DNA of 64,000 nucleotides from an uncultured Holophaga sp. (lineage in GTDB: Bacteria; Acidobacteriota; Holophagae; Holophagales; Holophagaceae), in NCBI GenBank assembly GCA_963664825.1, contig OY761614.1:128001-192000 (forward strand), read 5' to 3'. Below the pieces are notes generated by a model that did not search any database, had not been told where the DNA came from, and saw only the letters and a list, made by a program, of their open reading frames with translations. A program made the position numbers and the translations under genes. Positions 20,509 through 29,880 of the stretch are shown here, one piece after another (the first letter of the stretch is position 1; each line of letters starts with the position of its first letter).

Positions 20509-23109
20509 TTATTTGAGAAGGTTCCAACCATTGAGGGTGATGCGCGGTGTTTCACCGCGGAGCTCCACGCCCGGCAGGCGCACGCGGATCCTCCGAGCCT
20601 CGTGGGGCAGCAGCGAAAGGTAGTTGTCGTCCCAGAGCACCGGCAGCAGAGGTTCTCCGGAAGGCCTCACCACGCCCAATTCCAGGCAGAAGGCGATGTG
20701 CTCCGACGTATTGGTGAGTGTGATCTCCGCACTCCAGTCTTTGCCGGACACCGAACGCTGTTCCAGCTTCACCCGGGCCACAGGCAGCTTGGCCAACGCA
20801 GTGAAATCGGCGAAGGAGCTATTGGGTGTGACGAACCAGGTGGTCTTGGCCTCGTCGAGCACATCGGGCTGGGTAGAGAGCCAATAGAAATTGTCGGCCA
20901 GGGCCTTGCCGCCGGGCCCACTCAGGCGCAGATCCAGGAAGTGGATGGGGCCGCCGCCGGAGTCCTTCAGCTCGAGCACCTTGCGGGAATGGTTCGGCAG
21001 GCAGGGCACCGTGATCTCCTGGCTGGAGGCCAGGGTGGAATCGGCGCGGAAGATCCGAGCCCTCACCGTGACTGCCTTCAGCTCCTGGAGGGTGTCGTTC
21101 ACCAAATGCACGGACCCCGTTCCATAGTCGTAGACCACGTTCAGGGGCTGGGAACCCTTGCGGGCGCCGTAGAAGGCGCCATTGGGCATGAGGAAGGTGT
21201 CGTAGAGCTGCCAGAAGAACTTGGGCCAGGCGCCATTGAGCATCCACTGGACCACGCCGGTGGCCTTGGGCCGGTTGGCGCCGAAGGCCTCGTACATGGC
21301 CCGCATGGCCTCATAGTTGGCGGCCTGGGCCCTGAAGGCGAAGTCCTCCACGGATTTCGATTCCCCGTAGCGGGCGTTGAAGGCCTTCAGGTAGATATCC
21401 AGATTGCCGAACTGGAAGCGCCCGCAGTGGAAGTTCCAGGCCTCGTTGATGGGCCAGAGTTTATCGGCGGGAAGCATGCGCTGGAGGGTCGAGAGCGGGG
21501 GGATCTGCGGACCGGGGCCGGTCTCGGTATTGAAGCCGAAGGCCCCGCCGTTCTTGGTATCCACCCACCAGTAATTGGGCGTCACGTAATCGTAGGGCCC
21601 CGCCATCTTCACCGCGGAAGATCCGCTGAGAGGGCTGGTCAGCTCCTTGCAGGACCTGAGCAGAGGGCGCGAGGGATCCAGGACCTTGAGATCGGCGACG
21701 TAGCGTTTCTCCACCTCGGGCCAGGGCAGCTTGTCGCTGCCCACCACCCACACCAGGAGGCTGGGATGGTTGCGCAGCCAGCGCACCTGATCCCGCAGAT
21801 AGCCCGTCACCCGTTCGATCTCCAAGGGTTCCTTGGGACCTCCGAAGGTCTCGCTCTCCACGATGGGTTTGCCCAAGTACTCGGGCCATTCCCACTGGCA
21901 GCTCCACCCCACCATCAGCAGGATGCCTTCGCGGTCAGCCAGGTCATAGAGCCGCTGGCTGCTGCCCCAGAAGCCCTCCAGCCGCACGGTGTTGAGGTTC
22001 ATGTGCTTGACGTAATGGAACTGGGCCTCCAGGTTCTTCGGATCCTCCCGGAGAAACAGATCGTCCACCCAACCCGCCCCGCGGATGAGCACTTTCTGGC
22101 CATTCACCATGTAGCCGCGCTGTCCTTGAGCGTTGAGGTAGTCGGCTACCTGCCGGATGCCGAAGGTGACCCCGCATCCATCGCTGAGGCTGGAACCCGC
22201 TTGGGCGCTCAGTTCCAGACGATAGAGTTCGGCCTTGCCGAGGTTATGGGGCCACCAGAGGCGGGGATTGCGGATGCGCAGGGCGGGCACCTGGCTGGGC
22301 CCCAGGCGCAAGGCCTGCCGCTCACCGGCCTTCAGGACATAGGGCACCTGGAAGTGGATCTCCCCGATGGAACCCTTCAGAGTCCCGGTCTGGGCATGAT
22401 CCTCACGATTGATCAGTTTGAGACTGATTTCCAGGGAGGCTTCCTTCAGCGTCTTGAGATCCACGGTACTGCGGACGCAGACCTCCTCCATCGCCACGGC
22501 CCCCGTTCGGTGCAGCTTCACCTCGCGGAAGATCCCCATATTGCGATCGGGAGGCAGGGGGTTCCAATCCACGAAACCCATGGTGAAATCCCCGGGCTGG
22601 GGCGGGAAGACCTCCACGGCCAGGACATTGACGCCCTTGGCGAGGCCGGAGCCGATATCCAGATCGAAATTCCGGAAGGCGCCGCAAATCGCGTCCCGGC
22701 CCGCGATCTGTTTGCCGTTCAGCCAGATATCGGCCCGGAAGTTGAGCCCATCGAGGCGGAGCCGCGTGTGGGAGCCATCCCCGGGGTCTTCGACGATAAA
22801 TTCCGTGCGGTACCACCAGCCCTGTTTGAAGGGTTCCGAGGAGATGGCCGCCAGGTTCTGGCCGAAGAAGGGATCCTTGTGGACACCGTTCCGCACGAGA
22901 GTCGCCATCACGGTGGAAGGCACCTCGGTGGGGAGCCAACCCTTGGCCTTGAAACCGGGCCGCGAGATCTCGGCCCCCGGGGCCCCGGCCTTATCGGCGG
23001 CCTGGAGCACCCAACCCTGCTCCAGCCCTTGGGTGGAGCCCAGCTTCGGCTGGCTGGGCGCCGCCATCAGGATCGAGGCACAGAGCAACCCAGCCCATCT
23101 CGTCATCAT
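20509..23109 (-). CDS. GH2 exo-1,4-beta-D-glucosaminidase (CsxA-like), exported
   Basis: Signal peptide; LWWP, FGIR, NTVRLEG, VGSD, KMAGPYDYVTPNYW, GGAFGFNTETGPG and QWMLNGAWP match the CsxA-type GH2 subfamily. Confidence 0.8.
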   Translation of the reverse strand: MMTRWAGLLCASILMAAPSQPKLGSTQGLEQGWVLQAADKAGAPGAEISRPGFKAKGWLPTEVPSTVMATLVRNGVHKDPFFGQNLAAISSEPFKQGWWYRTEFIVEDPGDGSHTRLRLDGLNFRADIWLNGKQIAGRDAICGAFRNFDLDIGSGLAKGVNVLAVEVFPPQPGDFTMGFVDWNPLPPDRNMGIFREVKLHRTGAVAMEEVCVRSTVDLKTLKEASLEISLKLINREDHAQTGTLKGSIGEIHFQVPYVLKAGERQALRLGPSQVPALRIRNPRLWWPHNLGKAELYRLELSAQAGSSLSDGCGVTFGIRQVADYLNAQGQRGYMVNGQKVLIRGAGWVDDLFLREDPKNLEAQFHYVKHMNLNTVRLEGFWGSSQRLYDLADREGILLMVGWSCQWEWPEYLGKPIVESETFGGPKEPLEIERVTGYLRDQVRWLRNHPSLLVWVVGSDKLPWPEVEKRYVADLKVLDPSRPLLRSCKELTSPLSGSSAVKMAGPYDYVTPNYWWVDTKNGGAFGFNTETGPGPQIPPLSTLQRMLPADKLWPINEAWNFHCGRFQFGNLDIYLKAFNARYGESKSVEDFAFRAQAANYEAMRAMYEAFGANRPKATGVVQWMLNGAWPKFFWQLYDTFLMPNGAFYGARKGSQPLNVVYDYGTGSVHLVNDTLQELKAVTVRARIFRADSTLASSQEITVPCLPNHSRKVLELKDSGGGPIHFLDLRLSGPGGKALADNFYWLSTQPDVLDEAKTTWFVTPNSSFADFTALAKLPVARVKLEQRSVSGKDWSAEITLTNTSEHIAFCLELGVVRPSGEPLLPVLWDDNYLSLLPHEARRIRVRLPGVELRGETPRITLNGWNLLK

Positions 23110-23180
23110 GGAAGCCTCCTTGTGTGCCTAGATCGTCGTGTCACAGATCGTCGTATTCGTTCAAAGGCGAAGAGGATCGA

Positions 23181-23211
23181 AGGGCGTCAAGGGAAAGCCC
23201 CGAGACGCCCT
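23181..23211 (-). terminator. Intergenic hairpin (attenuator or mRNA stabiliser) between the OMP and GH2 genes
   Basis: AGGGCGTC..GGG-AAAG-CCC..GACGCCCT stem; no strong U tract. Confidence 0.4.
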
Positions 23212-23224
23212 CTAGGTTCGAAAC

Positions 23225-23815
23225 CTAGAAATGCCAGCGCAGCCCCAGTTCGCACCAGGCCGGGTTGATGCCGCCGCGGCGGACCAGGGGATCCTGCAGA
23301 TCCTTGCCCGCCAGCTCCGTCTGCTGGAAGACCAACTCGGCGCTCCAGCTCTTGGAGAAGGCGTAGCTCACGCCAAGGCGCAGGCCCATCTTGAGGCCCT
23401 TGACGTCGCGCACCGGGAAGTGGTGGGCCACATCGGCTTCATCTTCGGATTCCGTGCCCGTGCGGGACATGGAATAGCTGTTCAGGGATAGACCCACCAG
23501 GGCCTTCAAGGCCGGAGAGGGTGTCTCGATGAAGACATCCCCGTGGATCTGGGCCAGGGTGAGGGAGGTCTTGAGACCATTCGATTCGGAGCCGGGCATG
23601 CTGGCGAAGGTGAGGCCCAACCGCGCAGGGATATCGGTGCCCACGACCTGAGTGCCGTAATCGGCGCCCAGATGGAAGCCCGTCGTGCCATTGGTCGCCT
23701 TCTTCAGGCTATCAAAGCCCATCAGGACACCGCCTTCGACACTGAATCCAGTGCCCTGGGCCGCCAGGGGCAGCACCAACAGACCGAGCAAGGAGCCGCG
23801 TAGAGTCTTGAACAT
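23225..23815 (-). CDS. Small outer-membrane beta-barrel protein
   Basis: Signal peptide, amphipathic strands, C-terminal GLRWHF. Confidence 0.7.
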   Translation of the reverse strand: MFKTLRGSLLGLLVLPLAAQGTGFSVEGGVLMGFDSLKKATNGTTGFHLGADYGTQVVGTDIPARLGLTFASMPGSESNGLKTSLTLAQIHGDVFIETPSPALKALVGLSLNSYSMSRTGTESEDEADVAHHFPVRDVKGLKMGLRLGVSYAFSKSWSAELVFQQTELAGKDLQDPLVRRGGINPAWCELGLRWHF

Positions 23816-23838
23816 GAATTCCCCTTCCTATGCCGAGA

Positions 23839-26800
23839 TCAGAACTTCAGGCCGACACTGAATTCAGTGAAGGTGCGGCCGCCGCTGTAATAGGTGTTGT
23901 CGTTGCCCGTGCCCCAAGCCTGGCTGAAACCGCCCAGGGGACGCCCGGTGATGGGCGAACTGTTGCCGACCGAACCGCCCGTGCCGAACTCGGCGGTGCC
24001 GTTGGAGGAGCCGCTCCAGTCGTAGACGCTGATTCTCTGAAGGTGATTGAAGATGTTCTTGATCTGCACGTAGGTCGTGAGCATGACCTTACCGGCGAGG
24101 GGCATCTGGGCCTGCAGCTTCACGTCGACGGTGTAGATATCCGTGCCCCGGGTGAAGGCACCCATGGGCGAGGAATAGGTGTTGTAGTTCAGCAGGATGT
24201 TCTGACCCGCGACGTTATCGATGGGCTGCACGCTGTAGCCGTGGAACGCGGCATTACCCGTATCGACGTCGGCCACCTTGAGGACCCCGACACCATTGGG
24301 TGTCCTCACACCGGAGGTGGAGTAGGTCGCCAGGGTCGAAGCCGAGACATTCCCCTTGCCGATGGGCACCACGTAGGTAAGGAAGGCATGCAGGACCTGG
24401 GAGCGGCTGAGCACACCCTCGGGTGCGAAGACATCCTCGCTCAGGCCATTCCGCAGTTTCTCGTCCCGGTAGTTGTAGTAATCCAGCGCATTCCGGCCCG
24501 TGATCTGGGACCAGGTGTAGTTGCCGCCGAAATTCAGCCGAGAGGTGATGGCCTCGTTCCAGGCCAGCTCGACCCCGCGGTAGATCTGCTCGAGACCCGA
24601 ATTCAGGAAACGATGGGTCTGTTGCCACTGGGGAGCGCCCAGGCCACTGGGATCCTGGACCAGGGTCAGGTACTTCGTGGGATCCGCAGGATCGTAGTAG
24701 CCATCATGGACGAAGGAGAGCCACTCCTTCTTGTAGGTGCGCTGCACGAAATTGAGGCGCACCGAACCGGTGTCGAAGTTCCGCATGTAGCCCAGGGAGA
24801 ATTCGATCGCGTAGGGCACCTGGAGGCCCGCAGTCTTGGCGGTCTGACTGAGATCGATGATGGCGCTGGGCGCGCCGTAGTTGGCAGGATCGATGAGGGT
24901 GTTGTAGTCCACCCAGCGGACGCCGCTCAGGGGGTCGGAGTCAATGTTATTATCATCGACCGCCAGCTGGCCGGGGAGCCCCTTCCAGGCATGCACCGTG
25001 CGGGTGGTCCAGCCGTTGGTGCGGAACCAGGCCGCCATCTCGTCGGAATAGGCGCTGGCCAGCTTGGCCGCCGTGAAGGTGTAGATCTCCTGGCCCTTGC
25101 CATCGGGGTTCCACTTCAACTGGAGGCGGGGCTCCGTGACATTGATATCGGCCAGGCTCCGTTCGCTGGTATCGCGGATGGCGAACCTGTTGTAGCGGAG
25201 GCCCAGCATCAGATTCCAGTTCGAATCGAGGGTCCAGGTGTCGTTGAGCCAAAGGCCCGTGCTGTTATTCTTGGCCGCCGACTGGCCGGCCCAATAGCGC
25301 TCCATGTAGGCACCGGGGCCGCGCATGGGGAGTTCCCCGTACTGCACGAGGGCCTGATCCGCCTGGCCATTGCTGTCCAGGGGCACCAGAGAGGCGGAGT
25401 TCGCATAGAAGGTGGGATAGAGGTAATCCTTGGTGTCCGGATTGTAGATGAAGCCACCCTCGAAGACCCCGCGGTTGCCGCTCCGCTCCCGTCCGAACTG
25501 ATGTTTGGTCTGGAAGTACTCGGCGCCGAAGTCGATCTCGTGCTGGCCCGCCGCCTCCTGGAAGGTCTTGACATTGAAATTGAGGGACTGGTTGCCCCGG
25601 ATATTGGGGGTGATATCACTGGAGGAGCGGCGATTGTAGAAGGAGCCGAAGTATCCGGCCTGGCCGTTGCCCGAGGCCATGCCCTGGTTGTCCGTGCTCA
25701 GGATCTGGATATTGGGATCGCCGGTGCTCAGCTGGGATTGAACGAAGATCGGGTATTGGGTCGGCCCCGTCACATCGTTGAGCTTGACTTCGGCCTTGAA
25801 GGCCCGCATTTCCAGGAACCAGTGCTCGTTGATCGTGGAATTCCACCCGAGGGTCCAGGCCTTGGTCTCCGTCGTGAGATCCCCGACGAAATCCTTGTCC
25901 AGGGCCGTGTTGGGGGGCGAGGTGCGCTCTCCGGTGTACCCGCCCTGCACGGTCTTGTCGGTGAGGTAGGTCAGGGCGAGCGTGTTGTTATCATTCACCA
26001 GGAAGGTGAGCTTGCCCTCGTACTTGTGGTAGGTGGTATCGGCGGGCACTACGGAATTCCAGTCCGTGTACTTCGAGATATCGAAGTTCCCATACCCCGT
26101 GGGATAGGGGGTGCCGACGCCCTTGAGCACATTGTCCACCTTGGGGAAGGCCCCCCAGGTGACCATGGGGTACTTCATCACCGACGACAGGGTGGCTCCG
26201 GGAATGACATCCCACCCGCCGCTGGCATTCTTCTGCACGGGCACACCGTTCCACCCCAGGGTGGCGGTACCTGACTGGGAGGGCTGGACGCGGGTTCCCA
26301 CGTAGAACCAGAGGCGATCCTTGATGATGGGGCCGCTGAAGGTGATATCGGTGAAGCGGGAATAGCTCTCCACCGCGTTACTCTCGCTGGCGGCGTAATC
26401 GCTCCCGGCCACCGGGCCGTGAGGCAGATCCGTGGTCCAGGAGGGACGGCTGAAGGTGGTGCGGATGCTGCCTTCGAAGGTATTGGAACCCGTCTTCGTG
26501 ACGACATTCACCTGGCCCCCCTGGCTCCGCCCATGGCGGGCATTCAGGGCCGAGAGCACCACCTGCACATCCTCGATGGAATCCGGAAGAGGCTCATAGA
26601 GCTGAGCCCGGGCCGGGCCATCCCACTGGGTGCCCGTATCGTCCTTCACATCGATGCCATCGATGCGGTACATGACCTGGGAATAGCCCCCCCCGGCCTT
26701 GGTCTGTCCTCCGAAGCTGCCGCCCCGGATGCTCGTGCCCAGGCCCGAGCCCGTGACGCCGGGGGCCAAGGCCAGCGCGCCATCAAAGGAGCGGTTCGTG

Positions 26801-27249
26801 GGCAGCTTGAGGAGTTCTTCGGCGGAATAATTGACGCTCACCTTATCGGCGGTCTTGGCTTCCTGAGCCGTGGCCACCACTTCCACGACGGCGCCGGTCT
26901 CCTTGAGGAGCGTGAGCGAAAAGTCCAGGCTGAGGTTGCTGCCCAGGCCCACGCGTACTCCCGTGGCCGTCTTGCCCAGCCAGCCATCGGCGCTGACCTT
27001 CACGGTATAGGTGCCCACGGGCAGGAGCTGGCCTCGGTACTCGCCCTTGGCATCGGTCTTCAGGACCCTGGGGTGGAAGAGAGCCGGGCTCTCGAGGCTG
27101 ACGCGCACGCCGGCAATGGGCCGGCCCGCGTTATCGGTGACATGCCCCGCCAGGGCACCGGTGGTGACCTGGGCCACCAGGGCGGCATTCCCCGCGAGGA
27201 GGACGGCCAGCGTCGAGAGTTTCAATCCATTACGAATAATCATGATCAT
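23839..27249 (-). CDS. TonB-dependent receptor with an N-terminal carboxypeptidase-regulatory-like domain (Oar-like)
   Basis: AQVTTGALAGHVTD...TDAKGEY, plug GGQVNVVTKTGSN, GPIIKDRLWF, NDTWTLDSNWNLMLGLRY, terminal VGLKF; 1136 aa. Confidence 0.88.
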   Translation of the reverse strand: MIMIIRNGLKLSTLAVLLAGNAALVAQVTTGALAGHVTDNAGRPIAGVRVSLESPALFHPRVLKTDAKGEYRGQLLPVGTYTVKVSADGWLGKTATGVRVGLGSNLSLDFSLTLLKETGAVVEVVATAQEAKTADKVSVNYSAEELLKLPTNRSFDGALALAPGVTGSGLGTSIRGGSFGGQTKAGGGYSQVMYRIDGIDVKDDTGTQWDGPARAQLYEPLPDSIEDVQVVLSALNARHGRSQGGQVNVVTKTGSNTFEGSIRTTFSRPSWTTDLPHGPVAGSDYAASESNAVESYSRFTDITFSGPIIKDRLWFYVGTRVQPSQSGTATLGWNGVPVQKNASGGWDVIPGATLSSVMKYPMVTWGAFPKVDNVLKGVGTPYPTGYGNFDISKYTDWNSVVPADTTYHKYEGKLTFLVNDNNTLALTYLTDKTVQGGYTGERTSPPNTALDKDFVGDLTTETKAWTLGWNSTINEHWFLEMRAFKAEVKLNDVTGPTQYPIFVQSQLSTGDPNIQILSTDNQGMASGNGQAGYFGSFYNRRSSSDITPNIRGNQSLNFNVKTFQEAAGQHEIDFGAEYFQTKHQFGRERSGNRGVFEGGFIYNPDTKDYLYPTFYANSASLVPLDSNGQADQALVQYGELPMRGPGAYMERYWAGQSAAKNNSTGLWLNDTWTLDSNWNLMLGLRYNRFAIRDTSERSLADINVTEPRLQLKWNPDGKGQEIYTFTAAKLASAYSDEMAAWFRTNGWTTRTVHAWKGLPGQLAVDDNNIDSDPLSGVRWVDYNTLIDPANYGAPSAIIDLSQTAKTAGLQVPYAIEFSLGYMRNFDTGSVRLNFVQRTYKKEWLSFVHDGYYDPADPTKYLTLVQDPSGLGAPQWQQTHRFLNSGLEQIYRGVELAWNEAITSRLNFGGNYTWSQITGRNALDYYNYRDEKLRNGLSEDVFAPEGVLSRSQVLHAFLTYVVPIGKGNVSASTLATYSTSGVRTPNGVGVLKVADVDTGNAAFHGYSVQPIDNVAGQNILLNYNTYSSPMGAFTRGTDIYTVDVKLQAQMPLAGKVMLTTYVQIKNIFNHLQRISVYDWSGSSNGTAEFGTGGSVGNSSPITGRPLGGFSQAWGTGNDNTYYSGGRTFTEFSVGLKF

Positions 27250-27273
27250 TCTCCGCGAATCGTCAGCCGCAGG

Positions 27274-28053
27274 CTAGAAATGGAAGACGTAGCCGAACTC
27301 GAAGTGCGGCACGAAGCGGGTGGTCTTGGTGAGCGTGTCGCCAGGGAAGGCGTTGTGGGGCGCGATTCGGCCCGCAGCCGGATCGGAATCGGGGTCCACA
27401 TCCCACGCGTAGGTGCCCGTCCCGGGCTGATGGAGGTAATTCAGGGCGGTGTAGCTCAGCGCCATGACATTGAGCTCCAGGTTGGAGTGAGGGCTGATCT
27501 TCCAGGACACACCCACGTAGGGGCTGACCTTGATTCCGCCCTCCGAGGGCGTTCCCGAGTAGGTGTCGCGCCAGGACGCGTAATTGTCGCCGGTCCAATT
27601 CACGCCGCTGACATCCCCGAAATATTCGTGTTTGAAGCGGGTCCCGCCGAGCATCACGCCGGCCTGCCAGCCCCAATCAGGATTGAAGGGACGGGCGAAG
27701 GAGAGACGCACGGAAAAGCCGTCCAGCTGATTGCGCCGGGAATCCCCGGATTTGGCCAGATCCACCGGGTCCAGCGTATAGGGAGCCGCTCCGGCCACGG
27801 GCTCGATATAGATATCCCCGGTCTTGTAGTAGTAGCCCACCTCCAGCCCAAGGGTCCCGAAGGACATGCCGTAGCCGAAGTTGAGCCCAAGGCCCAGCGA
27901 GGACTGCCGCAGATGATCCATGGACTGGGGAGACCAGGCCGTGCGGACCTTGAGTTCCTTGGTGAACCCCGTTTCCTGGGCCTGGGCGGTTCCGAACACC
28001 GCGGCTGCCACCAGCAGCCCCCGGCCGAACAGGGAAACACGATGCGTGAACAT
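27274..28053 (-). CDS. Small outer-membrane beta-barrel protein
   Basis: Signal peptide ending AQA, aromatic beta-strands, C-terminal FGYVFHF; start MFTHR after GAGGAG. Confidence 0.7.
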   Translation of the reverse strand: MFTHRVSLFGRGLLVAAAVFGTAQAQETGFTKELKVRTAWSPQSMDHLRQSSLGLGLNFGYGMSFGTLGLEVGYYYKTGDIYIEPVAGAAPYTLDPVDLAKSGDSRRNQLDGFSVRLSFARPFNPDWGWQAGVMLGGTRFKHEYFGDVSGVNWTGDNYASWRDTYSGTPSEGGIKVSPYVGVSWKISPHSNLELNVMALSYTALNYLHQPGTGTYAWDVDPDSDPAAGRIAPHNAFPGDTLTKTTRFVPHFEFGYVFHF

Positions 28054-28155
28054 GAACTGACTCCTCACAATGAATGGACGCTGACTCATATCTCGATTCC
28101 AGGGCAGGCGGCCTCCGCGAGTGGCAGAGGGGCCGCCGTTCCTGCGATGAATGTC

Positions 28156-29232
28156 CTACTGCAACCCTGCGATCGCGGCCTTCCAGTACCTGGCATCCTC
28201 TTGACCCAGGGACCAGACGGAAAGGCCAGCCAGGTTGTACTTTTTCACGAGGGCCGCCTTGGCCTGGATGCTCTCGGGGTTCTCGAACCAGGCCTCGTGC
28301 TTGTGCCCATCCTTGCTCTCATAGGTCACGGAAGGCGAAAGCGTCGTGGCATCCCAGTGATTGACGGCCGTGGGATTGGCGAGCCATTCGCAGAACGTCG
28401 TCCAGGGCACGTAGGAGAAGGGATAGGCCCCGTCCTGGGCATAGGCTGTCAGATCCCAATCGTAGCCGTAGGCGGGAAGGCCCAGGAGCAGCTTGGAGGG
28501 GCTCACCACCGTGGCCGCGTACGCCGCGCATTCCTCCACCCAATCGGCGCCCGCGATGGGACCGGGATCGCTCCACGTGGGTCCATTCTCGTCGTAGGTC
28601 ATCAATTGGAGCAGGTCCGCGTCAATACCGATGGCCGCGTAATCGAAGGCTCCGGCCCAATCATCGGTGGGATCGTCCTCGCTCATCGCAGGCACGCTGA
28701 GCGCCAGCTTTAGGCCCGAGGCGTGGAGTTTGACCGCGAGTTCGTGCACGAACTGGCTGTAGGCGGCCCGGTCGGCGGGATAGAGGCCCTCGAAATCCAG
28801 ATTGAAACCCTGGAAGCCCCCATCCTTGGTCAGGGCCACGAAGCTATCGATGACCTTGTCCTTGTGGGTGACCAGGGCGCTGTGGCCCAGGTCGGCATTG
28901 AAATCACCGCCCAGGGCATTATCCACGTAGGTATAGGAACGGATGTTATTGGTCTTGTTGAAGGGGAGCAGCTCGCTATTGAAGAGGCTGCCGATCAGGT
29001 TGCAGTCCGCATCCAGGCTCATTCCGCCTTCGGCCACATCGCTGAGGCAGCTGCTATTGGATTTCACGGACTGGAGCACAAGAGGCGATCTGCCGGCGAA
29101 ATAGCCGTACACGATCTTGCTGGTGGCCTTGGGAGCGGGAGCCTTGTCGGAGTTTCCCCCCCCACAGGCCAAGGAGAGGGTGGCCAATAGCGCCACCCCC
29201 ATGGAAAGTCCCACTGAGCGAAGCTGCTTCAT
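28156..29232 (-). CDS. GH18 glycoside hydrolase lipoprotein
   Basis: Lipobox LSLAC; QGFNLDFE, QLMTYD, LLGLPAYGYDW, AWFEN and GLSVWSLGQED. Confidence 0.88.
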   Translation of the reverse strand: MKQLRSVGLSMGVALLATLSLACGGGNSDKAPAPKATSKIVYGYFAGRSPLVLQSVKSNSSCLSDVAEGGMSLDADCNLIGSLFNSELLPFNKTNNIRSYTYVDNALGGDFNADLGHSALVTHKDKVIDSFVALTKDGGFQGFNLDFEGLYPADRAAYSQFVHELAVKLHASGLKLALSVPAMSEDDPTDDWAGAFDYAAIGIDADLLQLMTYDENGPTWSDPGPIAGADWVEECAAYAATVVSPSKLLLGLPAYGYDWDLTAYAQDGAYPFSYVPWTTFCEWLANPTAVNHWDATTLSPSVTYESKDGHKHEAWFENPESIQAKAALVKKYNLAGLSVWSLGQEDARYWKAAIAGLQ

Positions 29233-29380
29233 GACTCGATCTCCAGAAGGTGCCGAGGGGAAGAATCCCGGATAGGGAACGTGATATTGGGGCAAGAACC
29301 GACTCTTCATCAGAAATGAATACTCATTCAAGATCCTTGATCCCGACCCCGGGGGCAATGATGGGGCCCACTCTTTATGC

Positions 29381-29398
29381 ATGAGTAGAACCACTCAA
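29381..29398. promoter_or_regulatory. Candidate operator upstream of the GH18-headed operon
   Basis: Imperfect dyad ATGAGTA-GAAC-CACTCAA; a related dyad AATGAATACTCATT lies at 29315-29328. Confidence 0.3.
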
Positions 29399-29451
29399 TC
29401 TCAAATGGATCCATCCTTGGATACGTAACGATTCACCCTTCCGAGGCATCC

Positions 29452-29880
29452 ATGCGAGCTATCTCCCTAGCCTTCCTCTTAGCCCTCCCCCTGCTGAGCC
29501 AAACACCAGCGGAGCGGATCAGCAGCGGATTCAAGACCCTCCGCACGGGCAGCTGGACGGACGCCTTCCGGGAATGGGAACAGCAGGCCCTGCCCTTCGC
29601 TCCGGTGGACCCGGAGCCCCGGAAGGTGCTGGAGGAATGGGTTCCCAAGACCTGGAGCCTCGGTACCTGGGAACTCCTCCAGACGAGCCCCTTGAGCACG
29701 ACTTGGCAGCGGCAATGGTGGCTGGCCAGCTTCGACCAGGGTGTGGTCTTCTTCACCTTCGATTGTGTGAAGCACAAGGGCGAATGGCGAGTGTTCCGCC
29801 TTCAGGTCTCGCGAGACCCCGCAGCCGTCCTGCCCGGCCTGGACCTCTATTCGGGGCTCGCGGCTCGCAACAGAGAATGA
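29452..29880 (+). CDS. Hypothetical exported protein
   Basis: 142-aa ORF with a signal peptide and GAGG RBS. Confidence 0.65.
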   Translation: MRAISLAFLLALPLLSQTPAERISSGFKTLRTGSWTDAFREWEQQALPFAPVDPEPRKVLEEWVPKTWSLGTWELLQTSPLSTTWQRQWWLASFDQGVVFFTFDCVKHKGEWRVFRLQVSRDPAAVLPGLDLYSGLAARNRE

